This document shows, piece by piece, positions 1 through 11,361 of a DNA stretch of 64,000 bases. The translations under genes and the position numbers were made by a program. The first letter of the stretch is position 1, and every line of letters starts with the position of its first letter. The notes under the pieces were generated by a model. That model saw nothing but the letters and a program-made list of their open reading frames with translations. It had not been told where the DNA came from and did not search any database. Source of the stretch: Geosiphon pyriformis uo1 (taxonomy: Eukaryota > Fungi > Glomeromycota); contig JAAOMT010000678.1 in NCBI GenBank assembly GCA_016748015.1, positions 228,389-292,388 on the forward strand, written 5' to 3'.

Positions 1-355
1 TTTCATCTATTTTCATATAAGCTACGTTACGCAATTTTTCTCTTAGCATCCCTTATCCGTGAACAAAATTTGAAGCCTCCCAGATTTCTGACTACCATTC
101 CAAAAAGCTCGAATACGGGCTGAATTTGTCAACTCAGAAGATTTGTTTCACCCATGACCGCGAACTTGAACCCCTTCATGATAATTCAGAGATCGGGGAA
201 GCTCAAATTTTGTTCAAAAATGCAAAAAACTTGATCCCGAAAGGAATTATTATTATTATAATGCCCGTTTTCAACTCGTTTTTGTGGGATGTTATTAAAA
301 TTCCAGTTCTACGAAAATCGATTGATTTAAACTCTACTCTTGAACGGTTTCTTAC

Positions 356-3300
356 CAAAATCAAATGGAAACCCCCTTGTTTCCACTTATCGACAGCCTC
401 TGCACCATTGCTCGCACATTCATATTTGATTTTATTTTTACGCATGAACCCTGATAAGATCGCCTGATTGATAGGATTATCTTTGATAATAGATTTCCAT
501 CAAAATTAAACCTTGTCAACTTTATTTAGAAAACAAAGACTTTTTTCACAACTGACCTTCCACAATTAACACATTTATCGGCGGTATTACATCTTCCAAA
601 TTTCCTGTTGACGATTTGCTTGTCTTGTTGATTTTGCCCGTTGGTTTTGTCATAGGAGAGGTGGCTGTGAGTCTCCTGGTGTTTGAGCCTGACGGTGTGC
701 TCGATTGTTGAATTGGTAAAGGGGGTGATTGTAAAATTGGTGAATTATCCAACTTTGATGGTGTTGTTTGTTCATTTACAGCATTTGGTAATTCTGTACC
801 AGATCCTGCTATAATTCTAGGGGATGATACTAAACCCGTTGAATTATTAGAAATTCTAGGGGAAAATTGACTGCCTCCTCCTAATTGACTATTAAAAGCA
901 GTATTTATAGCGGTACTTAAAGCCACTTCGTTGGATTTATGACGACTATCTTGTGAAGATTTGGATTTTGGTATGACGAGCAATCCGCCACCAGGGCCGC
1001 TTCTTGGGCTTAAAGGGCTTCCTACAGTAGTGGAAGGACGCGAAATAACGTTTGACCCGACCGAAGAGCTAGCTGAGCTTGATCTTAAAACAGTATTTTC
1101 TGATGTGAAATAAGAATTCCCGGTTGTGGTCTCTTTTAAGCTTTCATGATCCAATGAGTTGCTTTCAGAGTCCGCATGATATTCATTAGCAGGTCCAATG
1201 GTGTATTGCTGACCGGGACTCATAGGAGATGTAGCGATAGGCATATATACAGAATCGACTACAATCTTGTTACTAGCTGTATGTAAGGCGGTCAAAAATC
1301 TTCGTGGACCTGCTGGTTTGGGAATGACGAGAACCTGTGGTAATGGAAAAGATCCGGTTGTTGTTGGTGAAAAAATTACTTGAACAGCGTCTTTGACAGA
1401 TTTATAATTCGCTAATGATGTAAAATGAATCACGGCAGCTGTTTGCTGCGGCAAGTTGGGGGTTTGTTGACGCTTGCTGCGACCACGTGCATTTAACATA
1501 GAAGCAATTCCACCTTGAAAAGGTGAATTTCGAAGTTGTGTGAGTTGCTCTTTTAATGTCTCAACATCATCGTCAATAATAATGAATGTAGGGGGTGTAT
1601 GTGATATAATTTCATTTGAATGATCTTCAAAACTTTCCGGCTCTCTTGATGATGATAATGATGATGATCGTGGCGGTAAACGAGGTAGATTAACAGGCGA
1701 TCCAAAATTTGAACTGACGGATGTAGTTTCGGATCGAGGTGTTTCCAATTCTTCCCCACCAATCGGAATATGCGATATATCGGTACTCCAGATTGTTAAA
1801 TAAGAGGTTAGATGTTTAGCAAAAAAGCTATTCGTCATCGTATGCAATGCAACTTTAAGTCCTCGTAAACTTTGTGAAAATCTATTTAGGTCTTCAATGG
1901 ATGGTTCACCGGAAATTCTCAGATGTGGAAAACGTTTAAGAGTTTCTTCGTTTATATTCGGAACTTTTGATTGTTCAAGAGGTGGGCCAACCATTAACTC
2001 CATAGTAATTTCAAATGTTTGTTTACCCCGTTCTTGAGCACCAGCTTTGAGAGTGGCCCCGAGAAAGCTGAAAACCTTGGCGGTTAAATTTGCATTAGGA
2101 TACATCATAATCCCAGATTCATCGCTTGATCCGGGTACATGTCTAAATTTAGATATGTTATAGGTAATTTCGATCGTACAGGTAACTTTTTCGGGGGAGC
2201 TATTTGTCTCATCCTTATCAAAACAAGATTCTTCTTTTTCATGTCCATCGTCAATATCTGAAGAATTTTGCACCTGGAGTCCTACTTCGACACAAGAGCC
2301 AGGAGATGCACTTTTCAAGATGGTTTTTAATAGCTATAAAAAAGGTAAGGAAATTGTGATTAGAAAGTTTTGATATCATAAACTCATTATAAAAACATAA
2401 ACAACAGGAGAAGCCATGAAAAAATCTTACATCCAATAATGCATGTCTCAAGGCAGCCTCATCTCCAATAACGTTCAAGTGATGCAAGCCATAGTCGGCA
2501 TGATATATGGCAAGCTCAACCTTGGCATTAGAAGCAACACCCGCCAAAGAATCACCTACGTTCTGCAACAATTCACCAATATCAAATTTGTGCTTTACAT
2601 TTGAAGTTTCTACTTCATCACAGTTAGAAAACAAGAGAAGAGAGAAGGTTCCAAGATGTGTGGTTATATAATTGACTGCTTTCAATGTTGTGTAGACCGC
2701 ACTAAGTGAGGCAGTCGGGAAAGAAATTGAACAAGCAGATAATTGTTCGTGAGGTTTAGATAGAAAATTTGGAGGTGATAATTGCTTCAAAGTAGTTATA
2801 GCCAATTCAGTGGTATTGCGAAGCTGATCGGATATACTTCGAAGGTATAAACCTTTTCGTTCACTGAACCGATCAATCGCTCGATACACAGCTTTTTGTG
2901 AATTGGCACGTTCATCTTCTAATAAGGCTTGTTTTCTGAAATTTTCTTTTTGATATGCATTCAAAATTTGTTCAAGAATAACATAAAAAGGTAGAGCTAG
3001 CATAGATCCACAGTACACAAAAGGATTTTGGGCAAAAGCTTCTGATTGTGTCATAAGAGCTTGATCAGTTATTCTTCCTCGAAGAAATCTTTCTAACAAA
3101 TAAGCAACGGCCTGTATAATGGTAATACCCATCGATATTCTACGTCCGCCGGTAACACTATTTAATAACGATAAAGAGACACCTTGAGCGTATAGGCAAT
3201 ATCCCCAAAGACAAGTTGTAAAGATATACAGAGTATGCCATGGTAAAATCGCGTAGGCAGATAAAAAGTATGCAAAAATGGCGGCAATAAAAGAAGAAGT

Positions 3301-3753
3301 CAGACAAAAAATGAAGATGGTATTGGCAATTTTTTGAATGACAAGTAGTACTGAGTCAGAAGAGGCTGAAGTGATTTCCGAAGGATCAGAAGTTGATACA
3401 AAGTCTAAAGCTGAAATCGTGGTAAGTTTTATGTATTTATCTTCATATGGCTCCTGTTGTGGGATTTCGTATTCTTCCTCTGAAGAAGAAGTCCCTTCTT
3501 CACCCCAGAAAGTACTAAACTTTGACAGCCCAAATTTGGGTTTTGCCAGTGTGGTTGTCGTCGACAGTAGTGTTGGTTGTTTGGCAAGGTCGGTTTTTAA
3601 ATTGCCATTTTTCTCGGGTATATTGTTAAAAGAAACAGAATTAGACGGGTTTAACGTCCTCTTCTTAAGGGAAATTGAGGAGCTAGAAGAGGTTTCTTCG
3701 AGTGAAGGCTCGAGAAACCTTTTCTTGTGTCCCTCAAGTTCTAGCTCACTCAT
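356..3753 (-). CDS. SSK1: Ssk1/Mcs4-like response regulator with N-terminal TM helices and degenerate histidine-kinase domains; 3' end runs off the window
   Basis: Exons 3753-2431, 2333-557 and 480-356 (GT-AG introns) join to give PPINVLIVEDNPINQAILSGFMRKNKIKYECASNGAEAVDKWKQGGFHLIL, an Ssk1-type receiver N-terminus. The following MD-containing exon was not found in 1-355. Confidence 0.85.
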
Positions 3754-5393
3754 AGTATTGGGGTTTTGGTTAAAATTTACAAACGAACGTTACTTTGCTA
3801 ACGAAAAATAATATTCTCTAAACTCAGGTTCGAATTAGAGAAAAATGATGATTCCAAAATGGATAGGAAAAAAATGACAGCTGCCTTTCAGCAGCGTGCT
3901 CTTTTCGGGTGGATTGTTTGATGTGGTTTGATAAATAGTTAATCAAAAAAGCTTAGGAAACACAAGTTCCGGAAAGTTTCAGCATTGTGAGTGTCACACA
4001 AAGGGAAAATGCAGTTCTCATCAATTGTTAAAATCGGGTGCTTTTTGACTGATAAATTTTTCGATTTTGAACCTCTAGATCTTCTCAAATGACAGACAAA
4101 ATTTCTCAATTGCACCAAATAATTTATGAGACTAAATAAACTTTCCCAGGTTTCTAACTAAATTTTGCTTAACAGTAGTTTCACAGAAGGCTTTGGCCCC
4201 TTTTCATATAATTTATTTAAAGAAACATCTAACCAATTTATTTTTCCTCAGTCCTGAGCAAATGAAAAAGCTTGGCAGTTTTTTTCGTTGCAAAATTAAA
4301 ACTTGTATAGTGTGCGAATCTGAGTTTTTTGATTTTTAATTTGTTTGAAAAAGAATTTTTTATAATTACATATAATTTTTACTTTATTTCAGAAATATTT
4401 TGTTTGAATTTAAAAAATTTGATTTGAAAATAATTTATTAATAATTACTAAGTATGATTATTATTTTTAATTGTCTTAAATGAAATTGATTGTAGATATC
4501 AAAATTTCTTTTATAAAAATTAATAATTAAGTAAATATATATTTTTTGTTTTATTATATATATAATTTGTGATATTGGGTGATATTTTGGTATAAAATTA
4601 ATATTTTATATTTTAACTGATAATAATATATTATAAATTATTTGTAAAAAAAATATTAACTTCTTAAACTATATTAAATATATATTTGTAAAATTTAATT
4701 TTTGATTGGAAAAATAAATGATAATTTCTTTTGCTTTTTGAAAAAAATATTAATATTAATAAATTGTAATGGTACTAACAAGTATACAACATGAATGTAT
4801 ATATTCGTGAAAAAATAATAAAAATACAAACAGGGGTATCTAAAAGAAATACTCTGGTCTAATCATCAATGCGCAGCAAAGAACGATCGGACACCACAAG
4901 GTACTCACTACTAAATGATTTAAAGATGTATATGGATGTAACGAGAATTGAGCCAATTAAGAAGAATGTGTACCAATAATAAAGAATTTGTGAGGAGGTT
5001 ATAAAAGATTGGGTCAATGCAAAATACATTAAAAAAATTGACAAAAAATGTACAAAAAAAAATAATCTGATTTAAATGATTTTAAATAACATGATGAAGA
5101 GGCATGCAAAAAAAAAATTATATTAGTATTAATGATTAAGATCAATAAATCAATAAAAAAGGACTAACTTGAAAGGAATCAAGAAATTTCATGTGTGGGA
5201 AGTTTTATTTTTTTGGATGATTTTTACCAACGACGGTATTACGTTGATATAGTAAAATCCGTGTTGTTACTTGCCACTTATTGTTTAAATAACACGTACA
5301 GTCCTATACCCGCTAGAGCCACACTGAGTGAAAACCCCGTGACTGCAGACTGCGGTATTTAGAAGAAAAAAGAAAATGGATACTTTATTAATC

Positions 5394-8147
5394 TCAATCA
5401 TGAAAAAGGCTTGATCTTTGTGGTACGAATATCCTCCTACGTACCCTCCTGATATATTTGAAAATGTATAAAATGAATGCAAATATATAGGAAATAGGAA
5501 GAAACGACACCAATGCGACGAATCGTTGCTGTTGGTATTGTTTCATGAATGTAGGATGATGAGGGTGATGGTGTCGAACCCATCAATGAGAAAGAAATCC
5601 AGAAAGATAAAGATAATGGAATAAAAGAAAACCATATCTAATGGCGCTTGATTACCAAAATCAGATTTGTAAAATAGAGAATAAAAAAATTACCTTTGGA
5701 AAGATTGATTCTTTTTCCCCGGTTTCCGATAAATTTTGTTTACTTAATTTTCCTTTACCAGTAATCGATGACTTGGTTACAGAAGAAAGAAAAGATGAAG
5801 TCTGGCAATAATGTTCTGCCTCTAAATCTATACCACCACGAATCATATAATCTTGGCTATCCTCAGAAGATGAAGCTGACCGTGACATGGTTCCAGGTGA
5901 ATTAATCCATTCAGAATCTTTGACAGGGTCTGAGATCTGTTTTTTGTGCTGACCCCAGGTTTCAGTATTTTGTGAGAATTGTTCTGTCAAGGAGCGAACA
6001 CGTTCATTCACTTGCCGTTCAATTGATAATTGCAATTTAGCGATTTGATTTGTTAATTCCTCATTTTCTCTTTGAAGAGCCTTTTTCTCCTTATAATATG
6101 GATCCTTTTTAGCCTTGCTTTCAGCAAGATCGTTGCTCATTTTTCCAATTTCCATTTTTGTAAGACCAGATTCTGTTGACGCTTTTGTTGAACAATCGTC
6201 AGAATTAGAACCATTTTCCACAAGTTCTGATTGCATCTTTTCAAGCCGTGATCCTGCTACATCAAGCTCAGATTTCGTATCAATCATATTTTTTCGGGCT
6301 TTCTCGAGTTCTGTCCGATTTAATTCAAGTTCTAAGAGAGTTTCCTCAAGTCTTTTTTCTAGAAATTGGATTTTTGTTCGAGTTTCTTCTACCTCTGAAC
6401 TCATAACAAGAATGATCCCGTCTCTGTTATAGTCGTCAGCAGGTTTAGTGCCCCGATTTTCTTCCAGTTGCTTTCCTGTAAGTTCCAAATTTGTATAACG
6501 TCCTGAACATTCTTTACATCGCTTTTCAGTCTTCGGCAATTTGGCCGAGAGCTCACTAATATTTTCGTTTTCAACTCGATACTTTTGCAATTCTATTCCA
6601 TGTAGAGATTTCATATTTTCAATTTTTAGGGTTAGTGAAGCTACTTCGTTCGAGTATATCTTATTAGAAGATTTGGCTTCTTCAACCACTATCTGCATTT
6701 TCTGGAGCTCAAGATCTTTGTTTGTAAATCGCTCTTGCAACTCTTGTTTTTGAGCCACTAAACGCGATTCAACTTCGGCGAGCTTTTTCATTAAAATCTT
6801 TTTTTCTGAATCTCCTGAACTTTGAAAGGGTTTATAAATTGTATTTTCACGTGAATTTTCGGCTTCTTTCAGTTTCCGTTTCAAGTCTGCAATCTCTTCG
6901 GATTTCACCTGGAGCATAAATATTTGAATTATGTTGAAAATAGTCTGCTTGCATTTGAAAAAAAATTTGCTCGTGAAAATACCTGGACATTTTTTTCTTC
7001 TAAATTAACCCCAAATTCTTTTACCGATTTCCTCATTTGAGTTAGTCGGGAACTTTCATCTCGGGTGTTTTGTAATTCGAACTAAAAGGTCTTTTCATTA
7101 GTCAAAAAAATTTAATTCTACATGGAGAATGCATTTTATTATAACCTCTAAAGTTGAGTTAATCATGTCAATAATTGATCCATTTTTCGGCGTTCCTCGT
7201 TTTGATATCGGCTTTTGAATAATATTAAAAGTTAGAGTCAGAATTGAATCCAAATATGCTTATGATTGAAAAATACTTACGTCCTGGCTGCAAATTATAA
7301 GATGGGGATAATATTAGGCAATATAAATTTAGGGTTGTTAAGAATGCGTGATTAATTTCAATAAATTAAAGGACCTTTTTGAAGTTCCTCGACCATCAGG
7401 GTTTAATTCACTTATGACCACTCTAGCAGCAACTTTTTGATACACAACCGTCTGATTATCGTCACCAACAATATCAATTCCAAATTCCTAAAAAATTTGA
7501 TAACCGAACCGTCTATATGAATCGAAAGAAAAACCCCCATTTAAAAATTCTCAAATTTTATTACCAAAATATCTTCATGATGCAGTTCCTCCGGTTCACT
7601 CTCTGCACCTTCTGGGCTTAGTCTTCGACGATTGACAAAGGTTCCATTACTCGATTTTAAGTCCTTGATGTATGGCTATTGTGAGTGGAATTGTTAAATA
7701 TAACATCAGTAAATAATTTAAGGTATCCTAGTCTCTAAATTATGTTTGTTTTACCTTTCCACGCTCGCACCAGACCTCTGCGTGCGTTCTTGACAAAACT
7801 TTGCTATCAAAAAAACCATTGGTTTCGGTAGGAGCAGTCTTTGGGTTTGTTTGTCTACCAATTCTTACTTTAGCTTTTTCAGCCAATTCAAATTTTTTGC
7901 TGGTAAACGTTTCATTCAAAGGTTGAAGTAGGATAGTTAATAAAGGATGATTTAAAGCAGACGTCATTGCCGTTTGATCGCGTATTGAACGCTTTGAAGC
8001 TATCCTTACAAGAGTGAAATACTGATTAATTAATAAGAATTAAAGCAAGAGCAGCAACAAAAAATACAAGAAATTACAATAGTTTAACTTGCCTCGTGGT
8101 TTCATGCCACTAAGTTTGGTTGGAGTAGCTTCCTGAGCATAAGACAT
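5394..8147 (-). CDS. FHA + coiled-coil tail-anchored protein, SLMAP/Far10/Vps64-like (STRIPAK subunit)
   Basis: Exons 8147-8093, 7999-7755, 7675-7565, 7487-7281, 7211-7146, 7081-6983, 6908-5694 and probably 5528-5394. FHA motifs IGRQT, FDSKVLSRTHAEVW, IKDLKSSNGTFVN and EFGIDI, then a long coiled coil and a C-terminal hydrophobic helix followed by a basic tail. Confidence 0.85.
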
Positions 8148-9210
8148 TTTCGTTACCTAACAGTTTATTGGTCTGACAGTTGCTGACGATAAAGCGTACA
8201 ATAAAATTGTTGAACGCTTCTGTATATTGAAGCACAACTGACGGACAAAAAGACTTGAAGTTGAACTATTCTATTTTACACACATTTGTAGATATGTTGG
8301 TTATCATCAATTATGAAATATCATATATGATATGGTTGTTTTCCAACTTTGGTCATGGAGCATGTGCGCAAACAAAGTTACTTATTGCTTCAACTCGTGC
8401 ACAAAAATTTCAATTACAATAATAATTTTGTTCAAATTATTTTGTTATATTAATTAATTTCTTATTTTGGAATTATGTTTTCAAAATTCTCTGTTCAATT
8501 TCTAAAATATTAATTTGAATAATAAATTTTTTTTGATTATGTAAATAAAATTAAATATTTGATATTAAATAGATTGACAATTATTCTCAATTAGTAAAAA
8601 CATAGAGTTCGCAAAAATTAAGTTAAAAAAAAATGATAATTTTTAATATATATATATTATTTTATCTTAACCAAACTAACAAACACATTTAATTTAATAA
8701 AATTATTCAAGTTTAAACCTTTTTATTATATAAAAATTTTTGCTTAATTATTTTACATTTATTAAATTGTATTATATTTATTTATTTATTTAAAATAACT
8801 AAAATATTTATTTATAAACACAAAAAAATTAAATTATCAATAAAATATTTAAAACCCTAAAATTTGTATTATAAAAATTATAATTAAACATAATTTAAAC
8901 AAAAAAAATTAAATATATATTGTTTATTTTAGAAATATTTATTTTAATTATTGAAAATTGATTAAAAATAACTAAAAATTAATTATTTAAAAATAAAATA
9001 AAATAATTTGAGTAAGTAAATTTGAAAAAAATAGATTAAAGTTTAATTTTATTAATTTATATTACTTTAAATTTTTTTTACATCCTAGACGTGACCAAGG
9101 ACTCGGCTTTAAATATAAAAAAACTAATAAAAACTTTATTATATGTAATATTTATTATAATAAAATTACTTAATTTATATAGTTTGGCTTGTTTTATAAC
9201 ATAATATACA

Positions 9211-9255
<45 letters not shown>
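9211..9255. repeat. (ATT)n microsatellite
   Basis: About 15 perfect ATT units. Confidence 0.95.
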
Positions 9256-9702
9256 TTATAAAAATTTACAATCAATATAATTTTGTAGTCCATTTCCGGA
9301 ATCCCACCCCGACTTTTCCATATCAGCCCGGCTTTTCGCTTGCAAAAAAATTAAACAAATAAGACTGTTATTATTATTAATTTTTTGGTTTTTTAATTCG
9401 TAACCAAATAGTAAATTTTTAAAATCTTTTTGCATATTAATATTATTAATTTGTTTATAAAATGTTAAAACCTGTTTTCGACAATTTTATTTTTTGACAA
9501 TATTAATTTGAATAAAATTCTAAAAATTGATCAAAAAATACAAATTAAAAAACTGCTCTTATATATTGCTATTTTTTTAAGTTATAAATTAAATAAGTTA
9601 TTATTTATTTATTAATTATTATAAATTATCTAATCTTGAAATAATATTATAAATATTTAATTTTTAATATTATATGATTAATAAAACATTATAATTATAT
9701 TA

Positions 9703-10220
9703 CGCGTGAGGCTGAATTTTCTGGTTGCTTGTATATGGCTTTGGCCAAAGGTTTTGTGATGAAGGAGTGGGTGACTGACACGGTAAGGTTGTTGGGTCCT
9801 GGGTCTGATAGGAGTTTGTTGGTCGTCAATTTGGTCCGGGGTTTTGCCGAAGGTCATAGATCTGCTATCTGGGTGGCGACTGCCAAATTAAGGGTACATT
9901 ATGAGAAACAGGGTCTCCTGCCGAGGGATGGATCCATGATTCCGGTCATTTCTGGTTTGGCATCCTTGTGGTCTCGTAAGATGGTTCGTGATTTTGGCAT
10001 CAGGTTGGGCATTCATGTTTGTTTTGGTTTGCATCCTGGTTTGGCAAGTATGTATTTCAGTTTTTTGTGTGATTTCCCTGTAGTGGATGGTTTAGGTATA
10101 TAGTGCCGTCTTGATTGGCCTGAGTGGCTAGTCACGTGTAGAAAAAGCATGAGCCACACTTAATTTAGGATCTTGTTTGATTTTATGTACTTAGGTAGTG
10201 GTTGGGCTGCACTCGTAAAA
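9703..10220 (+). mobile_element. 5'-truncated LINE 3' fragment (end of ORF2 plus 3' UTR)
   Basis: The ORF LYMALAKGFVMKEW...GLLPRDGS matches the ORF2 C-terminus of the copy at 19249-20001 (VALCKGFVFDEW...GLIPRDGS). The 3' UTR is homologous and ends in cactcgtaaaa. Confidence 0.9.
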
Positions 10221-10499
10221 CTTTAATAAAAAAAATTATATTACTTTTGAATTTGGAATCATATTCGTTTAATTGATAAATTGTATTATAAAAAGATTTA
10301 AATTTTTTTAAGATTTTAAATAATAAAGTTATACTGCAAAAAAAATTTATCTGATTACATTGTTTATTTTGCAATTTATAAAGAGTTTTGACTAATAAAT
10401 AATAATTGGATTCAATTTTAATTTTTGAATTAAACAAATTTATTTGGAATATTACATATGTTAATATTTAAGTATAAATAATTAAAAATATTGTATTAG

Positions 10500-10640
10500 T
10501 TTAATTTTTTTTATTATGCTTTAATAAAGTATGATTCAATTATTATTTAATACAATATAACAATAAATGCTCTAAATTAAATATAATTACATACTTTTTA
10601 CATGTAATCAGTTACTTAGACCAATTAAAGTCAAATTATA
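10500..10640 (-). mobile_element. Hypermutated ghost of the LINE 3' UTR
   Basis: 10566-10640 (aatgctctaaattaaatataattacatactttttacatgtaatcagttacttagaccaattaaag) aligns to 19178-19252 (aatgatctaaactaggtgcgaatcatgtgctttctacacgtgaccagccacttgggccagtcagg) almost entirely through C>T/G>A changes. Confidence 0.75.
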
Positions 10641-11361
10641 ACGAATTTACAAAATTTATTTTATGTATAATATTTATATTTTCCATAATAACAACCAAAC
10701 AATTGTTATTAAAAACTAAATTAACCAACTATATAGCAGTTTTAATTACATTAAACTTAAAATTAAAGATTTAAAACTTTTAAAAAACTATTATTTTAGC
10801 AAAAAAAATTTTACTAACAAAAAAATCAAATTATTATTAAATATATTATTATTAAAATTATATTTTATTTTAAGATTAATTATTCATTTATTTAAATTAC
10901 CAACAATTTTTTCAAAAATACTAATATTTTTTACAATTACAAAAAAATTTTTCTTCATTTTAATAATTAAAAAAATATCTTGTTTATAATAGTTTTTTTA
11001 AAATTATATTGGCAAAAAATTTGATGTTCAAATATTTTTTTAAATTAAGCTTAAATAAATCTTTAATTAATAAAAATTAGTAATTTATTAATATTTAAAA
11101 AAACTTTTTTAATCTGTTGATTAACAAAAATAGTTTTATTTTTATTATTGTTAATTAAAATATTATTAATTTTAAAAAATTTATTAATAATATTCAAAAC
11201 ATATTAAATAATAGCTTAATTATTTTTAATTTAAATTGTATTATTAATAAAAACACAAATTATTAAATAAAATTTTAGCTTTAATTTTGTTAATTTTAAT
11301 AGTAAATATAATATTTATTTTGTATTTACATTAATATTTAAGTTATTTAATTTTACATATA

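Noticed and set aside
126-467. Plus-strand 113-aa ORF, and similar antisense ORFs at 3338, 6115 and 19193
   Set aside because: These are antisense shadows of real coding sequence with no independent motifs.
4859-5044. Small hydrophobic ORF as a further SLMAP tail exon or a microprotein
   Set aside because: There is no convincing in-frame splice acceptor, and T-rich DNA gives hydrophobic translations by chance.
9078-9293. 72-codon ORF with poly-Ile; also a possible Helitron end (hairpin + CTAG)
   Set aside because: The poly-Ile is the translated microsatellite. The CTAG is followed by G rather than T, and no Helitron 5' end or Rep/helicase sequence is seen.
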